The notes under the pieces are model-generated. The model made no database searches. It was not told the DNA's origin and saw only the letters and a list, made by a program, of their open reading frames with translations. Shown here piece after piece: positions 25,808-39,200 of a stretch of DNA of 64,000 nucleotides (position 1 is the stretch's first letter; every line of letters starts with the position of its first letter). The position numbers and the translations under genes were made by a program. This DNA is from Sphagnum compactum (taxonomy: Eukaryota), in NCBI GenBank assembly GCA_965153455.1, contig OZ234493.1, positions 26,650,213 to 26,714,212 on the forward strand, written 5' to 3'.

Positions 25808-28800
25808 TAAATACTAAATCTTAACAACATACCCTAATCATGAATGTGGCATAAAGCTAATAATCTAGGTCAAACAATTGAGGTCCACTGATTGACCTAA
25901 GACTTGTTGATGAAATGCCCCATTTAAACATGGTTGGTAATAATGCCGATAAGAAATCCCATTCATGTTTCTTGGCCAAAAGCCTTGTTGATGAGGATCC
26001 CAAGCAAGTCTTGGTTAATTGTCCCAAAAAACATGAGATATTGGAAAGTTAAACAAAGTTGGGAATGCTATTCATGGCCACCCCATTTTATTGACTAATG
26101 CCAATGGTGGTTTGTTAGTAAACATAATTAGTTATGACAACCTCCCTTTGTCCAAAATGTTGCTAATAATGAATAGTGATGGTCTTTACACCCTATCATA
26201 TTTTTGTTTGAATACTTGTGGTGGTAAAGATTTGTGACCAATGAACTTTCAAACCTACCATTGCTGCATGGACCAACATGACTTGTTCAATCCAAAAGCA
26301 GAGTTGGTGAATACTTGCCTTGATAACTTGGTTTGAGAATCACCCATCAACAAGTTACAACACATTCTTTAAAATGTAAGTTGAAAATTTGTTTAAAGCA
26401 ATTATAAATAGTAGAGCACCCACAACATCTCAACTTGTAAGATGCAATTTCCTTCCAAAAACCCAATGTGAAACCCATGGGATACAAAATTGCTCCACCA
26501 ATCAACACATCATATGACATGACATTTGCCACAATGGTTTTGATTCTCATGGTGAAATCATTGGTAGGATCATTTTGTTGCAATTTCACATAAAATGTTT
26601 GATGTGTGTTCCAATGAACCTTTTTTGATCCACCCAAGGAAATTTGTAAATTCTAGAATGGACAAGGTTCCATATTTGCTTATGTGAGGCCTAAATTGAC
26701 CATGATTGTTTGCCCTAACATTAGTGATTGAACTTTAAAATCCAACAAAACTCATGTTGGTTAAAACCTATTAATTGATGAAGTAGTCAAATACAAAACC
26801 TTGTGTTCATTATCCAATAACACCACTTTCAATGTTATCATTGCAAAATCAATTATTAGCTCCTAGCATTCAATTATTGTAGTTTTGCAATTGTTGCTTA
26901 TAATAGTGCAACAAAGGTTGTCTTCAGAGCAATGTCCACAAGTTCATTTCATGCCACAACATCTACCAATCTTACAAATGATGTTGGCATCTCCCCATTT
27001 GAACACAATAGCGAGTCCAAATCTTGATGTTGCAATCAAAGTTGTAAACAACGAAATTTTTTGACAAATTGTGGTTGTCACCCTTGACAAAATGTTGGCT
27101 TTTGTGATGGAAATCAAGGGTGCACATGATGTCCCTTGTTCTTAATTGAACAACTTGTTCCAATTTAAGCACACTTGGTTGAATTGCATGGCGTGGAAAA
27201 GGCTAGCATAACTTCTACCAATATGTATGATCATAGAAGGTGAACTTGCTAATTAGCTTTCCCCTTTGTGGATCCAACACCACACCTATTCCTCGAAGTT
27301 CTTGAACTTTATTAGTTGATGAAGTAACCACCATTGCAAGATGCATAAGCTTTGGAATGTATCTGCACATATGAAACCCAATCCTGTCAAGTTCACCACA
27401 ATAGATGAGTTAGGGTTCCATATTGAATTTGGTGCCCTTGGAGCTAACAACACATGAATAGTGGATGTTGCTAGAAGTTGTTTATCCAAATTGTGCAATC
27501 CAGTTTGCCATACCTTGATTTATACGACCTCCATAGCTTCGACCTTGGTTTGAATTATGTTTTGTATTTGTTTTTGGCCATCTTCTCTAGGTAGCACCAT
27601 TTCCTTGCCCTCGGCCACCTTGATTGCCACAATTTGAATTTGGTCATAACTTGGGATGTACATCATAGTGATGCACTATGTCATGACCTAACTTGCCACA
27701 ATGCCCACATTGTGGTTGGGTCACAACAACTTGCCAAGGGACAAGTTCATGATAGTTCATGTTCAAGGTGGGTCATGATGATGACACCAATTTTGATTCC
27801 CTCTTGAAGACCCTTGAGATATTTGTGGAACAATTTTGTTTAGTTGCCCATGTTGTTAAATTTGTGGTTTAAATGGTTGGATGTGCTAATTGTCATCGTC
27901 ACCACTTTCTTTTTCGCCATGTTCAATTCAATTTTATTTGCTAGTAAAAACACATTTACTAAGGTAGGTTGACCAACTTGTAATATAGTAACATTTCATA
28001 TTTTTTGCCTAAGTTCTTTGCCCAAGATTCCATACCAAAACTTGATGACTTAAACTTTTACAATCCCTTAAGTTACAATCATCAACTTCAGCATACATGC
28101 ATATATATTAAACAAACTTTCATTTGTTTTGTGTTGAAACTTCTACAAACTTCATAACTTTTTTGTTTGAACCCCTTGGTAGTTCTTTCACAATTCATGG
28201 AAGAATTCCATTATGGGGTTAAATAAATGTAATGGTCCTTATTCACTAGGCAAAAGGCCAACATTGACACCTCCACTTGTCAAATTTCCATTTGAAATTG
28301 ATGGAATTACTCCTATAGCAATAATGTTCATAATGATTCAAACATAATTCAATGACAATTTTTAATTTGCACCTTGTGGGTCTGTTTAAAATCATGGTAA
28401 ACATCCATAGGTAGCTTTTCTAGATGTTGAAACAAACTCTTCCATGCAATGAAAGGTGTGAATAATTATGGATTTCACATTTATTACATATCACACCAAT
28501 TGTCCAACTCTTGGATGAAATCAATGAGCTCAATGATGCCCACCATTCCAAGATATTACTACGGGCCCTTCAAGGTTCCATAAACATTTTCCATGTTCGA
28601 TAATAATGGTGTAATAACAAAAGGAATAAAAATAATGGTTAGAATAAAAGTTTTTTTTTTGCCCTTTAATGATGTTGGTGGTATGGGTGGTTTGAACCAC
28701 ACCCTTCCTTTTGTAACCCACTAGTGAACTATTAAAGCACCCCCTATTCATGAACCCTTGCCCCCTTTGTGGCACTCTAAAACCTTAAAACCTATTCCAA

Positions 28801-31800
28801 AATCTTAACAAAAAAGGATGTTGCATATGAGTGGCTATGACCCAACACTAAATTTACAAGGCACTTACATCCACCAAGTATGCTTCACATGGCCAAATAG
28901 ACAATCATGAACATGATGAATGTGGTTTATTGGTCATTAACCCAATCTTACCACCGCAAACAAACAACAATGTGATCGTCACTTTTAAATACAACCTACA
29001 ATTGAATTCCAAATAATGACACAAATGGTATTTATAGTTTCCTTCAACACTTAATCCCATTTTTGTAAGTTTCAACTCAAGACTTATGACAAACATCGAC
29101 GCAAAAATTGAAAAATGTTAGTGGTGTGGCATTCCACCATCTAGAAGCTTATGTAACAAAAAAGACAAAAATTAGGCTAGGTCTTCATTATTATTTGTAA
29201 TGCCACTTTGATGAAGTTGTTTCAACGTGTTCACCCCACGAAGTTTTACTCCCCACAATGATGAATTTGATGCTTTAAAAATCACTCCAAACTAATGTTG
29301 TTCAAGGCTACAATGAAATTCCAAAAAAAATACCCAAATTAAAAAAAAGTCCTCGTGTCATGACATGAGTTTTATATGGCAACATTCCCATGATCATGTT
29401 ATGACTTTTCATATCATGAAGGTGAAAAACGCACTCAATGACCCCCTTTGTGGCACTTTTGGGTTTAATATTATTATACATACATTATAATAGTTCCAAA
29501 AGTATGGTACATGGCATGGACATTTGGTCATTAAATGAAAATTGTTCAAATTGTTTTTTAAAAATTCCAATTAGAAGTTATTATTTGGTGAATTACCTAG
29601 GATTAAAATGAAACAAAAAATGAAAATGTTCTATCCATATATGGATGAAAACCCATGTTTGTAATGAAAAATGTAATTAATAAATCAAACCCAACAAATT
29701 GGAAGGTTTATTTATTTTTAAATGTTGGCAAGTTTGGATTGGTTACAAATGTCCCCTTTCTTTAAACTTGGCACAAATATGGCAAAGTTGTTGAGGCGAG
29801 ATGGCCGTGACAATTGAAGAAAAAAATGAAGAAGGTGGTTCATCTTGTTGAATTTGAAAACCAATTGGATTAGCTTGGAACTCCTAATGTTAATGTTGAT
29901 GATGGTTTAGTGCTAATGTTGCTTGTTGTTATTGTTGGGTGTTGTTTCGCATGAAGAAATGCCAACAATTATCAATGCAATGTGATTTTTACCCAATTTT
30001 ATGAATGTCAAAACAAATAAATTCACCCAAGGCTCAAGCATGGACCTATACACAAATTATGCACAGGGTTCTCCTCCTTTTATTTTCCATTCAATCCCAC
30101 AACCTAGGCCTCAAGTGAGGTTCAATTCCTCATAGGGTTATTGAGATCAATAAATCAATAACATAAAGGAAATGAAAACAAACTTTTGAGAAACAAACCT
30201 TCAAGCTTCTTGAACTCAAGGAAACAAAGGAAGGGAATGTCATAACAAAACAAGAAATTCAAGAAACACAAGAAAAATTATAAAAAACTCCCCTCTAATC
30301 TTCCCAGGCTCAACAAACAAGATAATGTTGCAACAAAACAAGACAAATCACAATATGAATTTTCTTGAAAATTGACAAAACAAAACCAAAACACAATTTC
30401 ACAATTCAACAAGCTTTCAAAAATTAAGAAAACTAAAACAAAAAATCATGGCACTTGTCACAAACCACAAATCTTGTGCAAACATAAACTTTTTATTTAT
30501 TTATTCATGAAATCTTTTGTGAAATCCAATTCATGTATGTGGGTTGATATCACATGTTAAGTTTTTCAATTCAATTTAATTTATTATGAATATGAAAGAT
30601 AAATATGGGGTGTTGCCATTTTTCTAGGAAAGGGGATTAAGGAGCCTTTAGATTAAATGAGAAAGAATTGTTTTGGTTCCCCATTCCTTTTCTACCATAT
30701 TTGTTTTGTGGTGATAGAAGTTGTTCATGTGCACATTTGTGGAATCCAATGAATATGTGTGTATACATTTTTTTAAAAGGTGGTAGTTATAGTAAGGATA
30801 TAATTACTTAGATATAAGGATTCTTTTGGTTATTTTAGGATAGATTTGATAGGAGGATAGATTAGATAAACGTAGGAAATAATAGGGACCTTTTATTGGG
30901 CTTGTTTCTAAAGTTTTTTCCTTATATTGGCTTGGTAGTTTGTGTGTAGCCTTGGATGGTAAATTCTTTGGGTAATAAATCATTGATTTGCTTTTGTACT
31001 AGCTCCAAAACTATCAAGATTATCATGATTGATAGTCTTCGTGATAATGTCATTTTTTGTTAAATTTTTTTTTAATCACTTTGACTACCCAATTTCTAAT
31101 TGAGGTTTTATGACGTAATGTTAGGTCCCTTGTTGGATCTCTTTTATAGTGGAAGACATACATAAATGTTTAAAAGAAAAATCAAATGTTGTTCAAATCA
31201 TGTGGAATTAAGGTGAATTTCATAGACTTGCACTTTTCATAGGTGGATGAACAACAACAAATCAAGCTTGAAATCATCATTGAGCCTAACACATTTGTGG
31301 TAGAACAAACAAGTTTTGCACCTAATGGGAATGTGGCTACAAAGAAAAAGATGGCTATAAGCACAAGGACACCATCGTGAGCAAGCTCTAGAAGACCAAT
31401 TGTATGATAAGATTACAATTTTAAAGAACTCATAAATTCTTCGCTTACATAAGGATCACTAACAAAATAATGTTTTGCATCTATTCCATTCCATTGTGCA
31501 ACATGGGTTGTCCATGAAAAATTGAAGTGTGAGGTTTTCTTTGCAAACTAAAAGGATGTGGTGAAAGAAAGAAGGAATTCATCTTGTTGGAATGCAATGG
31601 AGAATTGTTTTAGGAAGGTGATAAGAATAAAAACATTTAGTTATGGAAAGTGAAGTATTGTTGGGGTTGACATAATTGGTTGATGTTCTTGACAAATATA
31701 TAATTGAAAACATTGATATAAAAGGAGGTGTTCCAAAATGGAACAAGTTTGAAACAATTGTAGTACATGGGCGACTTTGGCATTAATTAAATTATTTTTT

Positions 31801-33589
31801 ATTTTGCTGAAAATTTTGAAAAATATTTAGCCATGTTGTCAAAAATTCCAAAAATTTAAATTGTAGAATCTGGAATTGAACCTTGACCTAGTATAAATAA
31901 ACACATTAGTAGTGAACACATTGACCACAAGGACAATAAGAGAACTTTGAAGTTAAAATAAAATTTAATATGTAAATTCATTATATGTCAAAAAATCCAA
32001 TATAAAAAATTCACATGATTTTTTTTGAATTTCAAGATAAATGAATTATTTAACATTTGTGTGTCGAACCCACCTAAGTATTACAATAATGGAACCATGT
32101 AATGATGTTGGTGAACAATATTGTGCTTGATGATGGATGCTTTGTTTTTATGTGTGGTTTGGAATATTGTTTTAAACAACATTGCCTTGAACACAAATTC
32201 AAAAGTTATGTGAGGGATTGGATGATTATAAATGAAATGCTTAACAACTATGAAGCACAAAAAGACAATTGCATTCACAGGTTTGGTGTTATGTGGCGGA
32301 GGGCTCAAGATTCATCTCGTCACATTTAGCTAAATACATTGTCCACTTTTGCCAAGTCCCACACATAAGATGTATTGTATAATTTTGTAACTAATGACAA
32401 TGAAGAATTCAATGCATCCATGGAGAGGAACAAAGGAGAAGTTGCTTGTCCATATGTAGAATATTCTAAAGATATGCAATTTTGCAAATGTTTATGCGCT
32501 TAACATTTTGGTCCAAATAAGTACATGAAGACACCTTCAACCTTACACTTTTAATAAGCCCACAAATTGGTGCACAACTTGACCAATTTGCTATGACCAA
32601 GCTTAATATTAAAGGCAACAAGACTCCAAATTGCATTTCTTTGGAATGGAAGGAGATGCATACTTGTTCAACCAAATCTTGAAGCCATTGTTCTAAAGTA
32701 AAATTGCAATTGATTTGAGTTGTTAAGAAGCAATATATTTTGTGGACAAAAATGAAGTTATTGTAGTGGGCACCCAACATCTTAAAGTTCTCTTTGGAAA
32801 ATAGTGAATGTATGTTTCAACATTTTGAAAACACTATCATTCAATATTAGTTGTTGATGTGTGGTTTGGTGAAAACATTTTTCAATGTTGTAGAAGATTC
32901 TTGGTAGTCCAAAAAATCATTTTGTTCAAAAAAAATTTCAAGGTTCACATTGACATTAGATTTGAAATTGCCGTTTTGCCCCACAATACCTTCCACATTT
33001 TGAATGTTTTAATAATTTGATCTTTTGAATTAATTTTTTTCCAAACATTCAACTTCACCTTTTGATGGTGTTCATGAACTTCTCTTCCAAATCATTTTCG
33101 TCAACCTCCTTTTTGAATCCTTATTCATTGTTATCTAGGTCATTCATACATTAGAATTGAAATATTATGCAATCTTTAGTTTCAATGGAATTAATTTGAC
33201 TGACAAATGATTGAAACAATGCCTTTCTCTTTGTGCACTTTCAAAAACCAAGAGGATATAACCAATGTGAGAACAATGGAATTGAGATTGAAAAATCCAA
33301 AATGAATAGTATGATGACAATCAATATTTTTTTTTTCACCTTGCACTGGGTTCACAACTAGGCACACGATTACTACAATTAGTTGTTTTCCCACATGTCT
33401 ATTCGTAAACATTACAAATGACACTCACTTCATAGGTCTTCCATCAATTGTTTTATCAACATTCACATATTTAGAAACCCAACTTTGAAAGATAGGCATA
33501 TTTTTCCAATCCCACAAACGTTGCATGGTTCCCATCTAATCTATGTATAGACTTTACCTCTCTAGCATTGTCCAACATCCTTTTAAAAT

Positions 33590-34700
33590 TCAGGTGGTAT
33601 TACAATATTAGGCTTTCCATTTGGTTTTCTTTTATTTGTGTAGCTACCCCATTAAAGACACCTTAGTGGAAGACATTTGACATATAAGTTTCTTTTCTAG
33701 GTTGGGGGATGTCTTGATGGCCTATAGGATTTTAAATCATCGTTTCATGTAACACTCATCATACTTGTTACATTGTGTACCCCCTCTTTTGCAATTTTAG
33801 ACCTTTTTTCATGATTTGACTCCTATCTTTCACAAGTTATTAACCACCTTTTAGGTCTATGGTCCTTTGAAAGCCTAAGTGGGATCTTAACTTTGTGAGT
33901 ATGCTTTGTTCCAAATATCACTTGGAGGTATCGAACTCATATCATCAACTATTGTCACCCCAACAACCTATTTAATGAGTTGAACCTTTATAGTTTCAAC
34001 CATATCATATATTTTCTTCCTCAATCAATGTCCCTTCTCTTTGAAACTACAGTTCATGTCAATTATAACATCTTTCCTTTTGAACAATAGCTTGAAATGG
34101 CTTCTAACCTTTTGCCACTTCTAGCACACTTGTTTGTCACCATTTGAATAATTTGGTTTGACCTTAATCTGCCATATTAAAACATTTGCACCATCACATA
34201 TGACAAGTTTGCATCCATTGTTCTTAAGGTTGGCTTCCAAGTGAGATGAAAACAACTATATGTACTTCTTTAGCCACATTCAAGTCCTCTTGTCAACGAA
34301 GTTAACATCATCCTTTCCAAAGGTGGGGTTTGCACCTTAATTGTTGTCATAATTGATCAAACACTTACAAACTTCTTTGATCATGTGTTACACAAGGATT
34401 TGTTGCTTCAAAAGTGACACATGTAAAGTAAAGAGTTATTGCAATTGACACCCAACAAAAATCAATTCCTCCCTTTAGTTTTTGGTATTTTGATGTTGAC
34501 AAAAAAAAATTGATGTCTTTTGACATGACCATGGCAATACAAATCATTTGGGGAATGAAACGGCTAGACAATTCCCCAATTTCCATCTTGGTCACCTTCT
34601 ATTGCCAACAAGTTTCCATTACACTACAAAGATGTATGAATCTTCCATCTTAAGTTGGATGGTAGCAATGGGTTTGGCCACCTCTTGAATTTCCTCCCTC
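33590..34700 (+). mobile_element. Degenerate non-LTR retrotransposon 3' part with restriction-like endonuclease (CRE/R2-type architecture)
   Basis: Plus-strand remnants: RLGDVLMAYRIL (about 33700), GGIELISSTIVTPTTYLMS* (about 33925-33985), a V-N-I-I-L-S-K-G-G-V-C-T-L-I segment resembling the R-x-D...D RLE motif (about 34295-34360), and C-terminal ...LVTFYCQQVSITLQR...SILS (about 34585-34660). Frameshifted and stop-ridden. Clade assignment is from motif resemblance only. Confidence 0.65.
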
Positions 34701-36275
34701 CCAGACCCACTCCTCATTTGTTGGAAGCATTTGGCACTTGAGTAGGAGCTCCAGTATCTTTCCCTACTCTTGGACATTTGACTTGTAGCAGGTCAAGTTG
34801 GACTTAGGTCCCCTCTTATGCTTCCACTTCCTCTCCAGATTGGTGGACCTTCAGTAAATAAAGTTTGACAGGTTACAAATAAAACAGCAAAAAAGATTTC
34901 AGTTAGAATTTGAGTTTTGTGCTTGATTGTCAACATTCTTTTAACTAAGCTCATTTGCATAATGGCTTTGTCCCATTGTGGCAAGTTCAAACTAGAAGCA
35001 GTTAAAAAGTTAGAAATGTTCCACAGAAGTTCCCAAAAACCACACTCACAGTTCATACAGTACCACCTGGTGAAGATTGTTTTGTGACAGCTCCCAAAAA
35101 AGATCTCATAGTTCACAGAGTACCACCACCTGGTGAATATCCTTCAAAATGTGGCACCAAATGAACTCTGCATCATTTCAAGGTCTCTCCCTTATTGGGC
35201 AGAGCCAATGAACGCATATTGGAGCTGAATGTTCACAATCAAAATTGATGTTTTCCGAGGAAAATTTGGGAATAATACAGGGTAATTGTAGTTAAACATG
35301 TCTGCACAATGGAATTTCTGCAACAGAAGTCCAAACCATCTGAGTGAGCATCCATTTCACGGTGTGTGTGGGAGAGAGAATCCTCAATAACTTCTACAAA
35401 GAAAAATGAGGACACTTCCAACAATCACAATAGATAGATACCTCTCCCTGTAGCAATAAGCTGTGTCTTCAGTATTGATGGTTCAGACCTAGCATTCACA
35501 AGTTTCCTGCATAAGGCCAAATGCCACACAACAGATTCAGTCTAGACATACAGGACTTGGCATCACAATGCTGTAGAACAACTTTACATGGGGCAAGAGG
35601 AAATTTTGAATCTTCAGAACATGATGCTATCCAGATACACATCTTACAAAAGGGAGACATTTCAAACAGATGCAGTTTATAGGTAATAAACTGCTCAATA
35701 TATTTGCCATTGATGACCAACCATCACCCATCCTGCTGCAGGTATTGAGAAAGGTGAGGTAACAATTCTGCCTACAATCACCAAAGTGTCAACAAAACAG
35801 CTTCTACAGTAATTTGCCCATAGAAAGTTCTTGCACACATCTGTGTGCTGAAATCTACATGCCCTGGACATTGTGTTTTTGGTCTAGGCACCCAAAAAGA
35901 AAGAAAGAATTTAGGTGAAAGTGCAGGTGAAAGAGAAAACTGCTCCAAAGCAAATCACCAATTTGGTGATGTGCCTTACAACACTTTTTTCATGAGGCTT
36001 GATATTTAAATTCATGTCTAGAGGGTTAGAATCTTAACCTTCCATGACACCAGAATCTGATGTCCTTTTCTCTGAAGTGCCCAAAGCCTACTAAACATAT
36101 AAGGATTGCCGGCATGGCCATGGTGGTGGCCCTTGCTCTTGCTGTTATTGCAAAGAATTGCATCTAACTATGACCCAAAAAATTGAAGCCCTAGTTTCAG
36201 CATTACTGTACAGGCAAAAAAAAAGACTATTTTGTCCCAACTGAGCAAAGTTTCAGGAGAGAGGAGGCATCCCCA

Positions 36276-39200
36276 TCAATGCCGGTTTTCACTAATTGAC
36301 TTCTTCTCAGTGTACATCATGACTTGCATGTCCACATACGAGACCACCTTGTCCAGCAGTCTGCTCCTAAGAATAGGCTTCACAGTGCCCTGCATGGACA
36401 GAACCACCATGATGTTAAAACTCCTCTCTTGAACCCACTTAAACCCTTATTTGCTTTGGTCTCATCAAACATCACATATACAATTGAGCAGATCATGGTC
36501 ATGGTTCAGTGAGAAGACATAAAGCATAGAATCTGGAGCATTATCATCTTCATCTCACCTGAATTCTGCTGTCCCTGTACTTCTTGATCTCTTTCTTCAC
36601 CACGTCCTCAGTCAGCTTGCTACAGAGCCTTTCTGTGTCCTTGAGATTTGCCTGCAAAATAAATGTCCAGACATTGTAGAGTTGTGGATGCGGAAGGGTA
36701 CAAGTCACAGTTCAAACCATGGGGTCCACAGATACTTAACAATCTGTGTCTAAGCATTACATCTTACTTATGTTTTCTTGATACTTACCTTGTGATGTGA
36801 GTCTACTCGATATCTGACCATAGCTGAAACCTGCATACCAGCACAACAGAAATGAGATTTAAGCAGAATAGAGTTCTTGCAGAACACTCTAACTATGAGA
36901 ACACCTCTCCACAGAATATGCAAATGGGGCTTCATGTGTTATTTGCACAGCTGAAAGCTCACATGCTGTTCAAAGCTTGAACACTCGGGTGTCTCCCAAG
37001 ACACAATCGCACCCAACTCATCAACTGTGTAGTCTGACCTCCTGTATACATGGTTCTCAGTCCAACCACTAGCCTCCTGTCCAGATCCCTGAGGATGCCA
37101 AGATTGGGGAAATCGATTCTGCACAATGTGAGGTTCCTTCTGGTCTACATGTGCTCTTGAAGAAGGAGTCTCTTTAGTTGGCAGAGCTCCTGTGCTTGAG
37201 TGGAATGAGCATTTTGCTGTGTCCTCCTCTGATTGTTTTGCAGGACCAGCAGCCTGATACATTGCACCATATGGTTTCTTACTTTGCCTACTGGAACTTG
37301 GACCTTGTGAGGGTCCTGACAATGACCCCCTATGAACACTTCTATGTGAATTCAGACCGCTTTGAGCTCTCACAGGAGATAACCCAGGTACAGGTGGCTC
37401 AGGCTGTCCCTCAAGACCCTGTGATTCAGCTTGCACAACCTTGCTGCCTGTGCATGAAGACCCACTATGTCCATTAGATGCTCTGCTAGCTTCTTTACCT
37501 GATGTTGAACCACGCTCCCAGGATCGGGCACGCTGGGATGACCATTTTTTGGACCAGGAAGCCATGGGATGAGCAGGTGGCCTTGACTGACCAGCAATCA
37601 TGAAAGATGCACCACCTGCAAGTGGAGCTTGTCCACTTGGTTGCATCTGCCAAGGCACATAAGATGCAGCAGGCACTATAGACACTGGTTGGTGAACTCC
37701 TTGGGAAGGAGGACCTGTTGGGAATCCAAAAGGCAAGGGAGGGGCTGTAGCCAAGGACATCTGTGGGAGCCCTCCATGCATAGGTGGATTAGGAGGTGCT
37801 CCACCAGATGGAGGGACCAGAGTTGTTGGAGGTTGACCTGCAAACAGGTTGGAGGCATGTGTAACCACTGCCATACCATTCCCTAACGGAATCACCTGCA
37901 TGCCCATGTGGACAGGTCCAGGAGGCAAATGTGTCACTATGGGCATTTGTCCTGGTATCCCAACAAATATCTGAGCAGGCATAGCAGGTTGTCCAGGTAG
38001 GACCACCATCTGTTGGTGTCGTGATGCATGCCCTCCTGTAGCTTGGCTCAATGGTGGGATATTTGCATGGACTGAGGGCTGACCTGGTCGAGGGGGCCCT
38101 GCTGGTAGTTCAACCAATGAGGACTTTGTTGAGAGGGTAGAGGCAGCTGGTGTATATATTTCTGAGGAACTCCAAGCAGTTTGCAAGGATCCTGATGAAG
38201 CTACTGTTTTACTGTCCTGGTCCTGAGAGCCACCCAGGTGACCAGGCGATGCTTCAAACTGGGGAGATCCAGACTCACAATCTGACATAGGCAACTTAGT
38301 TACTTGGCCTTGTGTTCTGCTGTTTGAAACCTCCAAGGATGTCACCTGCTGCTCACAGGGAGCTAATGAAGACGGCTGCGCCTGCCACACTAGACCAGCA
38401 GCCCCATTAGTTGAAAGGGCAGCTGTCACTAGGTCAATGGTTGCTGCTTCAGTATCTGGTCTATGAGTGCTACTCAGCGTGTCCCAGCGACTAGGCCTCT
38501 TCCGCTTGGTGGTTGCTGGCCCCACTGGTTGCTTGCTTTTGATTGCTACAGAAAAGGGATCTTGTGTTGCAGTTAGATCCTTCTGCTTTGCTTGTTGCTG
38601 TTGTGGCATATTGCATGCAGAATATTGAACAAAACAAGACTTGGGTCCTGATTCCAGAATATGCTCCGGGACCAATAATGAGGATGGTTGCTGCTGCCCC
38701 GGTCTGGAAATTGATCTGTCAGACTGGATATTATGTGAGCCCTGACTGGGAGATGCCATATGTAGTTGGTGTTCCTTTGCTCTTTCTGACACCTGATCAG
38801 AAGGCTGTGAGCGTAGAGGTGATGCATGCCTGTAACCATTCCCACTCTGTAGATCCATAGACTGCAGTCGTGGAGGGACATACTTTCTTCGAAAGCTACG
38901 AGCCATTGTGTGCACCTGTATCACAAGTAATCCAGCATCAACATTTATGTCAGACTGTGAAGGTCTCCCAAGGGCCACCAAGCTGCTGACATACTAGGAA
39001 GTTTCCTTCTATGGACCCATCTTTCCTTGCCTACAATGTCAGTGGGTCCTCCCATGTGATCACAACACTAGGTCAACAGATCCTACTAGATCATGCTTCC
39101 ATTGAAAGATCTGAAATATGCCATCAGCATGTGTCTCTTGACCAGATTCAATGACCCACTAAAAATGATGACAGAACCATATCCATCCTCAGAGATCTTC

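Larger units (their letters stand above)
21786..28500 (-). mobile_element. Degenerate, multiply interrupted Ty3/Gypsy LTR retrotransposon (gag-PR-RT-INT-PHD order)
   Basis: Minus-strand fragments: gag zinc knuckle QCGHCGKLGHD (about 27715-27680); protease-like VLLD...LMLG and SYDVLIGGAILYPMGF (about 26755-26440); RT GDYQLVNQ*TKFDKYSMPTLEEILDAIGHARVFST (about 25405-25300) and CYINDII...KHLH*VF**LKTHGLKLH (about 25105-25000); integrase LQLPWLARGYKFSTQTS...PYFLL (about 23285-23200), IVQHQDTLWYVTIHGG, GDYVYLEQT, CVPCHLPNID (about 23050-22795); PHD (22177-22005); purine tract AGATAAGGGGA followed by TG at about 21796-21786. Many stops and frameshifts. Confidence 0.85.

Noticed and set aside
30700-33560. 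Possible LINE or DNA-transposon coding relics (e.g. ORFs 32102-32329, 33191-33424)
   Set aside because: Probably TE-derived, but no diagnostic motif could be read confidently.
36939-38981. 680-aa ORF as a standalone gene
   Set aside because: It is one long internal exon (about 38914-36963) of ASHH2, bounded by acceptor cag|GTGCAC and donor CAT|gtgagc.
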